Under the pieces are notes generated by a model. That model was not told where the DNA came from, searched no databases, and saw only the letters and a list, made by a program, of their open reading frames with translations. A stretch of 64,000 nucleotides of DNA, taken from NCBI GenBank assembly GCA_977018835.1, contig OZ361261.1:1550001-1614000 (forward strand). Direction: 5' to 3'. Source of the DNA: Minutocellus sp. GHC0000111. Lineage: Eukaryota. Position 1 is the first letter of the stretch. The number at the start of each line of letters is the position of its first letter. Position numbers and translations under genes: made by a program. Of this stretch, positions 22,621 to 33,306 are shown one piece after another.

Positions 22621-23556
22621 CAGTGCAGGGATGGGCAAAGCGATGGCCAATTGCATGGAAGCAGGCAGGCTGGGATGACGCGTGCTGCCTTTGGATGGTG
22701 GGCTTTGCTTGATCAATCGTCAGCAGAGCGCAGGGTGCGTCGCTCGCTCAATCAAGTGTGCAAAGGACATGGGCAATTTGGTTGGTGGGCGTCCTCAGGA
22801 AGATGAGATGTGGGCTGGATGGATCAGAGAGAGGATGGGCAACGCGATGGGCCAACAGCAGGGCAAGCAGGCTCTGGGACGACGCGCGCGCTGCCTTTGG
22901 ATGGTGGTGGGCCTTGCTTGTTGATCAGCAGAGCGCAAAAGATGTGTCGCTCAGTCAGACCAACATGCAAAGGACATGGGAGGTTTGATTGGTGGTTGTG
23001 TCCTCAGGAAGATGAGACATGGAGGAGGGAGTCCCATGGCTCCGACGGAGCGGAAGTGAGGAGTGGGCGTGCGTTGGGCGTGTGTTGGACGAACGGGTTG
23101 TGGGTCCTCCACAATCATCTTTTGGTCATTCGGAAACCAACAATTTTCATTGTGAGCAAGCCTGCCAGCCATGCTTTATGTCGCTGTGAGTCACAGAGAG
23201 TCACAGCGAACGTTGCCGCCCACAGGCTCGTCACAAGCAAACGAACAATTTTCATTGTGACAAGCCTGCCATGCTTTGTGAAGATTGTAGAGGTTGTGAG
23301 CTTCTGTGTGACGTGTCTTGATCCACATGACCCCAAGACTGAAATGACTGATCCACATGCCAACTTTTCCCGCTTTTTATTGTGCCACGATGACTACGTA
23401 CGACGAACGACGTACGTACGATCGTTCAGCAAAATCGCTCATTTCTCGAGTGGCACGATGATGATACTCGTAAGCAGAAGGCGCAAGTCAGCTCGCAAGC
23501 TTGCCGCCGCTGAATAATACCGCACAACGCAACGTAGGAACTGGTGGGCGCGCACC

Positions 23557-25345
23557 ATGCCGCAAAAGTTCCGGACGGACACCACGTCCTCCAAACGACA
23601 GGCCAAGTACCAGTACAGTCCCTACGAGCCGGCGTCGGGTTCGGCATCGGTCAAGTCGCATTACAGCGGTCCATCGGGACCGGCCTCCGTATCCAATGGC
23701 GGGCCACAGCATCCCCAGGCATTGCGAAAGGGCGGTGTGCCCGGCGGATCTCCTCCCAACGCATCCAACAGTGCGACAAGGTCGGCCTCCAGCAGCGGCA
23801 GCAGCGGCGCCGGCAATCGAGCCCTGACCCTGCTCGTCGTCCTAGGTGGCATGCTCTACCTGTTATTGCAGCTCATTGCCCTTCGGCAGTCGGAATTTCG
23901 CTACTCCGTGGCGGAATCACGCTTCATCGCCTCCCATCGGCACGGCCATGCTGGCGGCGGCGGCGGTGGGCTCCACTCCCACCGCAAGATCCACGATCAC
24001 AACCTGCACGTCGAAGATGGCACGGGCAACGTCGACGTCCTCGTCGATGGGGCCGTGTCGAACATGGACCTGGGGAACACCTACGGCAACGCCGCCGGTG
24101 GGCACGAGGGGAGGGGCGAGCTGCGCGTCAGATTGCCCAATGGGAGGGGGGAGATGCTGCGGCCGGCGCCGCACTTGGCTCTCAATGTCGGTGGGGAGGC
24201 ATGGGACGAGGATCGACGGAGGGATCACGACAACAACAATAACGAGAATGGTGGGTTGAGGGGTAATGACGGGGATGGCGATGGCGATGGGGATGGGGAT
24301 GGATGGGAGCCCGAACCACCGCCCGATGAAGCCATAATATTAGACGGCGAGGGAGGCGATGGCACCGAGGGCGGTGGTGCCCCGTTGAATGCCGATGCCG
24401 CCATTGCCCGGTCCAAGCAGTCGCAGAGAGATGCCGATCGGGAGAAACACAATACCAACGGCCGGCGCAAACGCAAGGGGGGTGGGGGAGACGCGGCAGG
24501 CGGTGATGGACGACTCAAGAAGGTCCGGGCCGAGGCCATGGGGCACTTCAAGGCGCACGAGGTCGACGCCGACGTCAATCGGCCCGCTTCCCTCACCGAC
24601 CTGGTTCACAAGATGATGCCAGATAATTTAGAATATGCATCGGATGTGTCGACGAGGCCGGACCCGGAAAATCCCGACGTGCCAATTTACTGGGACATAC
24701 CCGCGAGCGGATCGGACCTGATGGCAACGATTGCCAAGGAATGTCTCCATTTGGGCACGGTCACCAATTTGCAACGTGCCAAGGAGGGGTGGGGACCTAA
24801 CGCCGGACATATGGAACGCAATCGATTACTTGGATGGGATCAATCACGGGCGATTGTTTGGGCTGTTCCTCCACCCTGTTCATCGGGCAGTCCGGATGTT
24901 GGCCGAGCAGAAGGAAGAGGATCCTGTGGGCATTGGGCGATTAGGGACGCTCGAGGAATATGCGCGGAGTAAGTACCACGAGCCCAACTGGATGGTAAGG
25001 CATCTGGCCGGAGTCCCAAGCAGTGATAAACCGACGGCCAATGATCTGGCCGTCGCCAAGGAAGTAATGAGGACGAAATTTATCGTTGGGATTCTACCAT
25101 ATAATGACGGATCATTGAAGAGATTTGAAGAATATTTCGGTTGGATTTATCCAGCAAAGGGAGGTGTGCAGTGTCGACAAAGAGCAATTGCCGATGCCAC
25201 TGCGGCCGAAAAGAGCAATGTGAAGGAGGGCAGTCCTGGTTGGGTCGCTTTATCCAAGGCTAATGACTTGGACATTAAGCTCTACGAGTATGCCAATCAC
25301 TTGTTCTTTGCTCAAAAGGATATGTTTGACCGAGGCAATACATAG
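23557..25345 (+). CDS. Type II membrane sulfotransferase-like protein (diatom-expanded family); frameshift near 24790
   Basis: TM LTLLVVLGGMLYLLLQLIAL, then PIYWDIPASGS, GRLFGLFLHPVHRAV, NWMVRHL, KFIVGI, SLKRFEEYFGW and NDLDIKLYEYA, split over two frames at a G-rich run. Confidence 0.72.
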
Positions 25346-25432
25346 GGGATGGGGATATAAGTCAATTGTAGCCAAAGATTATTGAGACTCCAGTTTATAG
25401 TACACACATAGCTAGCTTAAGTAAAATGAAAA

Positions 25433-28400
25433 TCAATGCTCCTTGTCTTGCATGTCAGGCGGAACAGTGCTCGCCTTGTCTTGCAACGATTCCTCCTTTA
25501 ATTTGTGCATCTTTTCCTTGCGCTTCTTTTCCCTCTGCTCCTTGGCCATACGCAATCTCTTTGCAAATTCATCGGGCTTCACTTTAATCGTCATCGACTT
25601 GTCTCCTCGTATGATCTTGAAGTCGATTGGGGTGCCCACCTCGGCGCTGTCAATCAGTTTATATGCTTCAGCTGCTTTGCTGACTTTCTTGTTTCCGATT
25701 TGAGTGATAACATCGGCTCGTCGTAATCCCGCAGCTGAAGCCGGAGTGTCATCGTAAATGTGCAAAACAATAACGCCATTCGCCTCGGGGATTACCCCGT
25801 AGTTGGAGTTGGGATCCGCATTTTTCTCTCGCGCAAATTCTGGTGTGAGCGTAGCGGTATAAATGCCAACATAGCCGTGACTAATCTGTTTGCCCTCGGC
25901 TAAATCATGCATGATACTCTTGACCTTATTGGTTGGCACCGCGAAAGATGTGCCTTCCATATTATAGCGCATGCAAGTGTTGATCCCAATGACTCTTCCA
26001 GATAGGACGTCGACAAGTGGACCACCGGAGTTACCCATGTTGATTGCCGCATCGGTTTGAATGAATTCTACCTTCTTGTCATAGAGTCCAACCTCTTCGC
26101 TTGATCGCTTGAGTCCACTGACGATGCCCATAGTTACGGTATTGTCCAGCCCACCCGGACTGCCAATTGCAACTACAAAGTTCCCGACTTCAAGACTATC
26201 ACTATCGGCAAGCTCAGCAACAGGTAGCTTTCCGTTGAATTCATCTTTTGTTGATGCAGTCTTTTTGCCCTTTGCCGCAGTAGTGCCCTCATCGTTACGA
26301 ATAATTTTCAGCACTGCAATATCAACGATTTCATCAGTTCCTTTTACTTCTGCAGGAAAGCGTCGGCCATCAGTCAGCGTTACATATACTCTGGTTGCGC
26401 CCTCTATCACATGTGCATTGGTGCAGATGAGCCCGTCCTCAGAAATGATTATTCCAGAACCTTGACCTTGCTGAACATACTGCCATCGTTGGGGCTTCAT
26501 CGGACTTGGTACGCCCCCAAATACTTCATCACCATCTTCTCCTTCCGCCTCATCGCCATCGTTTTGTCCATCAACACGAGGACCTACGTGCACTGCTCTT
26601 TCGATTTCAGTTTCAGTATCCACCCGAACGGTAGCTGGACCAACCTTATGGACAGCTGCCGAAACACTGCTCATAGCATTGACCTGCTCAGTTTGCGTTT
26701 CTACTGCAGGGGTTTCCATGACGGCAGTTGAGCCGCCCACGATCGGTCTTGTCGCCAACGCATTTTTCAGCGCCTCTTCAGCGGCCCATCCATTCTGCTT
26801 ACCCTTCCTCCCTGAATCTTCATTTTCTTGAAGACCTTCGTCATTACTCTTATGTTCATCTGCAGTGGACTTATCCTCAACGGCCAGGCCATCTTCTTTC
26901 GCATGGGCTTCAGCTCTAGCTCCATCCTTCTCCTCGCCGCCGTCGTTACCCTCCTTAGCCATGACCTCCAGTTCATCAGAGCCTTCGCCTTCTACTTCGA
27001 CATGTTCTGATTGAGTCACGTCAACTTCATCATCTGTCTGATCAATGGAATTATCTTGAATGCCTGCACCGCTTGCAGTCTCATCAAGGATCACTACTGA
27101 GGGATCATTACTATCGACAGATGTCTCCGTATCATCAATGGGCGTAGTACTCGATGTGACAGAGAGATCGACTTCGTCTACCTCTGTAGCACTGCTACGA
27201 GCATCCCATGCTTCTCGTGCCCTCCCAGCGGCAGATAGCGCATTTACCAGCCCCTTCTTACCGCCAGCTGCCCCACGAGCAGCGACTTCTCTAACACCGT
27301 CCCACAATTCGTCGCCCCTCGGAAGACCGGCAACCGCCACACCCGTGATGCCGCCTGCGTCATCCTCTACGACCTCAAGATATGGCAATGTAGCAATCGC
27401 TAGGACTGCGAATGCAATCAGTTTGGACCTTTCCTTTGCCCCCATGAGAATCTTTGTTATTCGCGTTCGATTCTTCGTTTCCACAACGACGGCCAGTCCC
27501 TCCTCTTCCGTGGCCTTCGTTTCATTTGCGGGCACGGCAGTATCGTTGGTTTCGGAGACGAAATTTGTTGAACTATCGGGGGCAACATCCCCTTCCAAAG
27601 CTGGATTTTCCTCTTCATTTCCGCTTTCCTCAATGTTGGCGTCCTCTTCTACAGTTGCATTTACATCTGGTTTGACTGGAATTTCTTCAACGATCTCTGT
27701 TGTTTCCGAGACCGGCTCCATTGCAGCATCAGACTTGGATGCGTCGGCGGGTGAATCTTCATCCTCGATGGTGTCTTTTTCACCGCCCACAACATAATCT
27801 GCATCTTCGTTGACTTTTGTTTGATTGGTACTGGCCGTATGCTTGACACGCCTTCGGCCAAAGAATCGCGAAAAGACGGAAGGACGCTCACCTTCGCTCT
27901 CTTCTTCGCCTTGTGTAGCACCGATTGGCTCCAGAACCTTTCCATTTTCTAGTTCTTTGTCCTCATCACTAAATGCAGAATTTGAATCAGATTTAGTCTC
28001 CGCCAATATTTCCGAGGCAGGACTGTCTGCTTCCGCAGTATCATTTGAAGGCTTGACCGCCTCGATGATATCAGGTTGCGCTTGGGCATCCTCAACCTCT
28101 TCTACATCATCGACCTCATTCGGATCAATTTCAGAGCCGACTTCATCAATATTTGCGGTAGTATTTGCTTGTTTCTTGTCCAGATCGTTGGCCTCGGTTT
28201 GCCGGTATCTACTAACGGTGTCTTGCGCCACAGCCGACATCCCCACAACGTTCGCGCTTGCCTGCACAACGCCTCCCTCGAGACCAGCAGGAGCAGAAGC
28301 ATTCGCAGAATTTTCAAGGCCACCACCTTCACCTCCACCACCCTCCTCAAGTAGGGCATCTTCTGCCACGTCGTAAAGGTGAACCATTTTCTTCGCACCG

Positions 28401-29035
28401 TATCGAGCGGCGGACTTGGCAGTCCGAAACGCGAAGCGAAGGGTGGAACCCAGTGCCCGAAGGGCCATCTTCCTCTTTCGTCCCGTCACTGGTGGTTGGA
28501 GTCTGCCTTCTTCGCCCGACACTGGAAGAGAAATACTCGCTTCTGCGGCGACAATTTCCGTTGTGTTTTTACCTTTTGGTGCCTCCCATTCCTTATCATC
28601 GGGCTGGCCAACATGGCCATCACTTTGGTCGTCATCGCCATCATCCTCGGCATGATTGCGACGACGCGCATGATGTCGCGGCAGCGCCGTCCGCGGTTTC
28701 CCCGCGGGTATACTGGCCATATTAAAATCCCACACTGGCGCATCCTCTACATTATGTCGAGATGTACGAGGTGAAACCCCTCCGCCAACAGTGAAGGCAT
28801 GACACGCCCATGCTGATGCACCCGCATCCAGCTGGCGGTTGCGGGAGCCGCCATGGTCAGCAGGGTGGGAAAGGCTGATACTCGGAGGGCCATCAAGGCC
28901 CAGTAGCGCCAGGATTAGGACCAGCGCGAACATGTGGTGGATTACTGAGGTCGCAATAAAGCGATGGGGTGGAGGCAGTCGCCGGTAGCAGCAGCAGCGG
29001 CAATGGGTACCGCTCGCCCCTGTACGGCATGTCAT
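25433..29035 (-). CDS. DegP/HtrA-family serine protease (trypsin-like + PDZ) with a very long acidic N-terminal extension
   Basis: GQGSGII, TNAHV (His), DIAVLK (Asp), IQTDAAINMGNSGGPL (Ser) and PDZ HGYVGI..TPASAAGLRRADVI. The true start may be MFALVLIL near 28933. Confidence 0.9.
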   Translation of the reverse strand: MTCRTGASGTHCRCCCYRRLPPPHRFIATSVIHHMFALVLILALLGLDGPPSISLSHPADHGGSRNRQLDAGASAWACHAFTVGGGVSPRTSRHNVEDAPVWDFNMASIPAGKPRTALPRHHARRRNHAEDDGDDDQSDGHVGQPDDKEWEAPKGKNTTEIVAAEASISLPVSGEEGRLQPPVTGRKRKMALRALGSTLRFAFRTAKSAARYGAKKMVHLYDVAEDALLEEGGGGEGGGLENSANASAPAGLEGGVVQASANVVGMSAVAQDTVSRYRQTEANDLDKKQANTTANIDEVGSEIDPNEVDDVEEVEDAQAQPDIIEAVKPSNDTAEADSPASEILAETKSDSNSAFSDEDKELENGKVLEPIGATQGEEESEGERPSVFSRFFGRRRVKHTASTNQTKVNEDADYVVGGEKDTIEDEDSPADASKSDAAMEPVSETTEIVEEIPVKPDVNATVEEDANIEESGNEEENPALEGDVAPDSSTNFVSETNDTAVPANETKATEEEGLAVVVETKNRTRITKILMGAKERSKLIAFAVLAIATLPYLEVVEDDAGGITGVAVAGLPRGDELWDGVREVAARGAAGGKKGLVNALSAAGRAREAWDARSSATEVDEVDLSVTSSTTPIDDTETSVDSNDPSVVILDETASGAGIQDNSIDQTDDEVDVTQSEHVEVEGEGSDELEVMAKEGNDGGEEKDGARAEAHAKEDGLAVEDKSTADEHKSNDEGLQENEDSGRKGKQNGWAAEEALKNALATRPIVGGSTAVMETPAVETQTEQVNAMSSVSAAVHKVGPATVRVDTETEIERAVHVGPRVDGQNDGDEAEGEDGDEVFGGVPSPMKPQRWQYVQQGQGSGIIISEDGLICTNAHVIEGATRVYVTLTDGRRFPAEVKGTDEIVDIAVLKIIRNDEGTTAAKGKKTASTKDEFNGKLPVAELADSDSLEVGNFVVAIGSPGGLDNTVTMGIVSGLKRSSEEVGLYDKKVEFIQTDAAINMGNSGGPLVDVLSGRVIGINTCMRYNMEGTSFAVPTNKVKSIMHDLAEGKQISHGYVGIYTATLTPEFAREKNADPNSNYGVIPEANGVIVLHIYDDTPASAAGLRRADVITQIGNKKVSKAAEAYKLIDSAEVGTPIDFKIIRGDKSMTIKVKPDEFAKRLRMAKEQREKKRKEKMHKLKEESLQDKASTVPPDMQDKEH

Positions 29036-29197
29036 CGCCTCGAGTTGCCATGATGTGCTCTCTTGTAACCTTTTTTTTGTTTTCCGCCTTTTCCCTTTTG
29101 TTTATCCTCATTGCCAAGGGCCGATAGCTACCCATTCAATGCCCTTGCTATGTGCTCTCGCCCTTGCCGGTAATATATTATTCCCTAACTTTAAAAA

Positions 29198-30709
29198 TTA
29201 CCCACACCCCTGACTTGAGCAATATTCATTGCATGCTCTGTTCTCGAATACGCTGTATCCCTCGGTAATAACGTCATTCCTTTTGCAAAAAGGGTGCAAG
29301 CGAATCCGTTGAACGGGCGGAGCACTGGCCAGGCACTCAGGACTCCACATGTTTTCTCGCCCCAGCTTTTCGCTCCAATGGTCACCACCGCTTTGATTCC
29401 TCATTTCCTTTTGAAGACTGGATTCGCTCATAATTATGCGCCCGTCCATGATCTGCTCAGGCATGTAGCTTTGATTGTACGGACTCAGCGCCCACGCAAG
29501 ATGGAAGGACCAGAAACTCACATCGTAGGCGGAAACAGCCGAACGTTGTGCTAGATTCTTGAGACTACGTGCGATAGCATCTCGTATCACAGGATGACGC
29601 CGCTCATAGATCATCGCCCATTGGTGGGCGCATCCATTAGGCAGCCACTTTATCTCACCACAAGCTTTCCCTGTGGCTACGCTTCGATTGTCTAAGCCCC
29701 ACGTTCGAAATGGCAATGTCCTGCCCTCGTCCTTCTTAAACTGTGCGTCCATGTCGAAATATATGCCCCCAAATACATAGACTATGCACAGTCTCCAAAA
29801 GTCAGCCTTTGCCGCACCTACCATCAAACATCGGTATGATTCTAGTATTCTCTCGCCGAACTCTTTCCCGATGAAGCTTTCAATCGCTCTGTCATCAAAC
29901 AAAAAGTAATCATACTCTGGATTGATATCGGACCATGCCGTCGCAGCACTGCACAGAGAAGGAGAGGGATCCAATGTTTCCCATGTCTGGAAGATGAACC
30001 GCGATATTCGCCCACTTTCAGCTTGATACGAGTTACATTCCTTGCAAGGTATCCACCCTATACTCGTCGTAGTATTTGCCTGACACCCTGGTCCATCTGT
30101 TCGTGGTATGCTGTACCGCTCAGCAATTTCTTCTGCAGTTTCAGGAAGCTTGGAGTCTTGTGACAACCAGTTCCTTTCCGCAGATTCAAAATCAGAGAGC
30201 AAATCTTGAAAGTTTCCGTTTGTGTTGATCTTTGGTAGCGATAATTTTCCAGCGATGGGACCTCGAGAAGATTTCTTTGGAAGGACATTACCAGCGATGG
30301 GTGTGTTAGGCTCGTCATTTCTGCTGTTTCTTTCGCTTTTCCTCGCATCACCACCAGCATTGCCATGGCCCTGCAATAATAGCTGGCCTGAAGTGTTCAA
30401 AGCCAACGTGGTTCTACTAGTTCGGCCAATTGTAACATTGAGCGCTGGTGATGTATCCGCATCCCTCGCTCCCATTTTGTCCTCTAGATTTCCACCCCCT
30501 CTTCTAACCCTTAGACCTGCAGTGCCATCATCACCATATATTGCGTGTGTGATGTACAATGTCGCGGCAAAAGCCGTCCAAGCCACGGACTTGATTGCCG
30601 TCTTCCGATGCCGGGGAAAAAGCGACCTGGTGCTGATGCTGTCATATGTGTGTAGATCTGTATGCAGTGCATCGTCAGCAAGCGAATGCTTCTCACGACG
30701 CTTCATCAC
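29198..30709 (-). CDS. Glycosyltransferase family 32 (DXD sugar-binding, OCH1/SUR1-like), type II membrane
   Basis: IFQTW, NPEYDYFLFDD, GAAKADFWRLCIVYVFGGIYFDMD and HPVI; N-terminal TM. Confidence 0.85.
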   Translation of the reverse strand: MMKRREKHSLADDALHTDLHTYDSISTRSLFPRHRKTAIKSVAWTAFAATLYITHAIYGDDGTAGLRVRRGGGNLEDKMGARDADTSPALNVTIGRTSRTTLALNTSGQLLLQGHGNAGGDARKSERNSRNDEPNTPIAGNVLPKKSSRGPIAGKLSLPKINTNGNFQDLLSDFESAERNWLSQDSKLPETAEEIAERYSIPRTDGPGCQANTTTSIGWIPCKECNSYQAESGRISRFIFQTWETLDPSPSLCSAATAWSDINPEYDYFLFDDRAIESFIGKEFGERILESYRCLMVGAAKADFWRLCIVYVFGGIYFDMDAQFKKDEGRTLPFRTWGLDNRSVATGKACGEIKWLPNGCAHQWAMIYERRHPVIRDAIARSLKNLAQRSAVSAYDVSFWSFHLAWALSPYNQSYMPEQIMDGRIIMSESSLQKEMRNQSGGDHWSEKLGRENMWSPECLASAPPVQRIRLHPFCKRNDVITEGYSVFENRACNEYCSSQGCG

Positions 30710-31133
30710 CGCCGCTGCTTCGTATTTATTATCATACTACGGAGCTGGAGCCGGTAGCGAACTCATTGTCTTCATCCCAGAAGTGGTCTCGAACTTTCGA
30801 ACCCTTTTTAAAAAAAAATGAATGCTCGAGCCGACGAAAGATGAACGAATCTTCGATGAAAGCCAATAATTATGCCCCGCTCCCTTTTACACTCTTCTCT
30901 TCCCCCTTTGGTTCGCATTCGATGCTAGTGCGTCTGTCCGTCACCAACATTCCCTCAGCCGCAAGTGAAAACTTGCAAAGTGGCGCCTTCATTTTGACGA
31001 CTTGACGACCCGGCCAACCCAGCCGACGATGATGACGGCACCACAACCGCTAGCAGCGCCAGCGCTAGTAGTGAAGCAATCGCAACGAAGCAAGCAACTG
31101 GCCCCACTTCTTCATTTAAAATCCCAGCCGACG

Positions 31134-32663
31134 ATGACGGCACTACAGCCGCTAGCAGCGCCAGCGTTATGCTGGCCAGCGTTGATTCAGGTGTGCTCTT
31201 TAGTAATACTTTGCATCGCTCGCCAGACAGCAGCCTTCTCACCCACAGTAAAAACAGCGCAGACCACTGTTCTGCGCACTTCTCCACCACCACTGTTTGC
31301 AGGTAAAGGATTTGGCAAGGCAGGAGCTGCATCGTCATCCTCCCCGCGAGATGAAGCCCTTGAAAAACTGCTATCCTGGTCAGACGATAGCTCAGTGGTT
31401 CGAGGGAAGGGCATATCCATCGCTGCCAACTCAAACAATGTCGGCGGAGGAGTCGGCGTTCGAATCAACCGCTCTGCCAAGGCTGGCGACGAAATCATGT
31501 CAATCCCTCGCAATGTAATTGTGTCATCTCAAGATGCCCAGGCATCCCTGACCAAGGAGGAAGTGGACATTGTGATTACCACCCTGAGGCCCGGCGGCTT
31601 GGACGCGTACGCAGGGGAATTCTTTCTAATGCTTCGACTTTTGCAGGAGGTGGCAGCATGCAAGGATGGGAGTGGTCAAAATAGTTGCAGTCTCAGTCCG
31701 TGGTTGGAATCACTTCCCACAGATTTCGACATGGGGATATACTTCGACGAATTAGAGCGCAGCTATTTGTCGCAATTGGCATCCAAGTTGCTGGACCTGC
31801 AAGAACGTCAGTTGGCAGCATTTCGCATGGCATGTGATGCGCTGGTAGATTACGACGGAAAGCATGCATCCCTGTTTGAGTCCGAGGGCAGAAAATATGC
31901 CGATGGCGACATTGTCAAGTGGGCATTCAGCGTCGTCTTCTCGCGGTCATGGCGCTCTCCGTCCAACCCAGATGATGCTCGTATCGTCCCCGTGGCAGAT
32001 ACCTTCAATCATGGAGAAGATGCAAATGTGATCGTGGAGGAGCCGGAGGGAGAAAACGGCGTGACACAGGTAGTTCTGAAGACCGACGTGGAAAGAGATA
32101 CTGAGCTGAAGCTTTCATATGGTCCTGGCTACGATCCATCTCGATTTCTTATCATTTTTGGCTTCTTCGATGATACTGTGAGGGAAGTGTTTTGTGGCGT
32201 TGCCTTTACCGATCCATCAGAAGAGCTAATCAATCTTGGCGCAGCGGATCGAAGCGCGATGATTTATCGCGACGATGGGGCCATATCTAATGCAGTCTGG
32301 GACTCAACGCTCTATGTTACGCTCGCACAAAAGCCGGATGAGCAGAAGGCCTTCTACGAAGCGAGAATAAACGACGACGCCGAAACGTTCCAAGAACTTC
32401 ATAGAAAATATAGGCTTGAAATTGCCTTAAGCCTCAAGAATCATTCGGAAGCCGTACTGCAAACCGAATATCTTGTGCCTACCGACCAGGAGCTGTCCAA
32501 GATCAATGTGAAGGAGCACCCAAGGCTGTCGATGATTTTGAGACACAATCGTTTCATGAGAAAGGTATTTAGTAATGTAAAGGATCGACTCGAGAAGCAA
32601 GTATTGCTTGAAGTCGAGAAACGAAGGGCAGAGTTGAAAGAGGAGGTCGAGAAGAAGGCTTAG
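31134..32663 (+). CDS. SET-domain protein lysine methyltransferase (Rubisco LSMT/SETD3-like), plastid-targeted
   Basis: GGGVGV, WLESLP, WAFSVVFSRSW, PVADTFNHG and LSYG; presequence ...QTAAFSP. Start uncertain (ORF opens at 31002). Confidence 0.85.
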   Translation: MTALQPLAAPALCWPALIQVCSLVILCIARQTAAFSPTVKTAQTTVLRTSPPPLFAGKGFGKAGAASSSSPRDEALEKLLSWSDDSSVVRGKGISIAANSNNVGGGVGVRINRSAKAGDEIMSIPRNVIVSSQDAQASLTKEEVDIVITTLRPGGLDAYAGEFFLMLRLLQEVAACKDGSGQNSCSLSPWLESLPTDFDMGIYFDELERSYLSQLASKLLDLQERQLAAFRMACDALVDYDGKHASLFESEGRKYADGDIVKWAFSVVFSRSWRSPSNPDDARIVPVADTFNHGEDANVIVEEPEGENGVTQVVLKTDVERDTELKLSYGPGYDPSRFLIIFGFFDDTVREVFCGVAFTDPSEELINLGAADRSAMIYRDDGAISNAVWDSTLYVTLAQKPDEQKAFYEARINDDAETFQELHRKYRLEIALSLKNHSEAVLQTEYLVPTDQELSKINVKEHPRLSMILRHNRFMRKVFSNVKDRLEKQVLLEVEKRRAELKEEVEKKA

Positions 32664-32808
32664 AGAGGTATTCCTTACATGTACTTTAAGTTTTTCTTCA
32701 AGTAAAATTTATCGCATAGTAGTGCCCTCAACGCCAACGCATAGATGCCAGATTTGAAATACTTCAATAACAATAAATTGCCGTAAAGCTTTCCACGTGC
32801 AATAGAAA

Positions 32809-33081
32809 TCAGATTTCGTGACCCTCAGGCTGGGCGACGAAGTCCTTGATTATCTTTACAGCACCGGGGCACGAGTCATAAACGGTGGAGGTATTCGCAT
32901 CCTCGACGGCGTTGATCTTGATCACGAGAGCAAAAGCATCGGCCTGATCCTGCTTCTTGGTCTTCTTGCCGGCAATCGCTTCCACATCGACTACGATTTT
33001 GCGCTTCCTGCCTTTGTTATCCTTCTTTCTCGATTGTTGTGGCTGCAGAAGAATGGTGACTTGTCGAGCAGTGAATACCAT
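32809..33081 (-). pseudogene. Short ORF, possible truncated gene fragment
   Basis: Coding-like basic/helical sequence ending VYDSCPGAVKIIKDFV, cut off abruptly. Confidence 0.3.
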
Positions 33082-33306
33082 TGGAAAAGTAACGGTTGAA
33101 TTTCCTAAAAAAAGTGGCCGTTTCTACCGACTGCCAACAGCACTTGTACTGGTCTTTGCAGGCAAACCGGCAACGGTCCTTCTCTTTGGGACTTTCCGGT
33201 GAAGATGTGTGTGAATCTGTGCCAGTCCCTCTAAGCACCAACGGAACACTCCCCAATGAGCATTCAGATCACCACCCCAAGTCCGTTCATTTATACCGAT
33301 CGTTCC

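Larger units (their letters stand above)
16315..23371. mobile_element. Decayed composite transposon with long terminal inverted repeats (MULE/Foldback-like architecture), TA-depleted
   Basis: 16315-16677 is the reverse complement of 22880-23371 (with indels). The left arm resumes at 19113-19239, matching 22748-22873. There are ~200-bp subterminal tandem units at 22628-22814 and 22831-23022. Confidence 0.85.

Noticed and set aside
16315..23371. CpG methylation decay or fungal-type RIP as the sole cause of the composition
   Set aside because: C->T processes create or spare TA. Here TA is what is missing, and part of the region is CG-rich.
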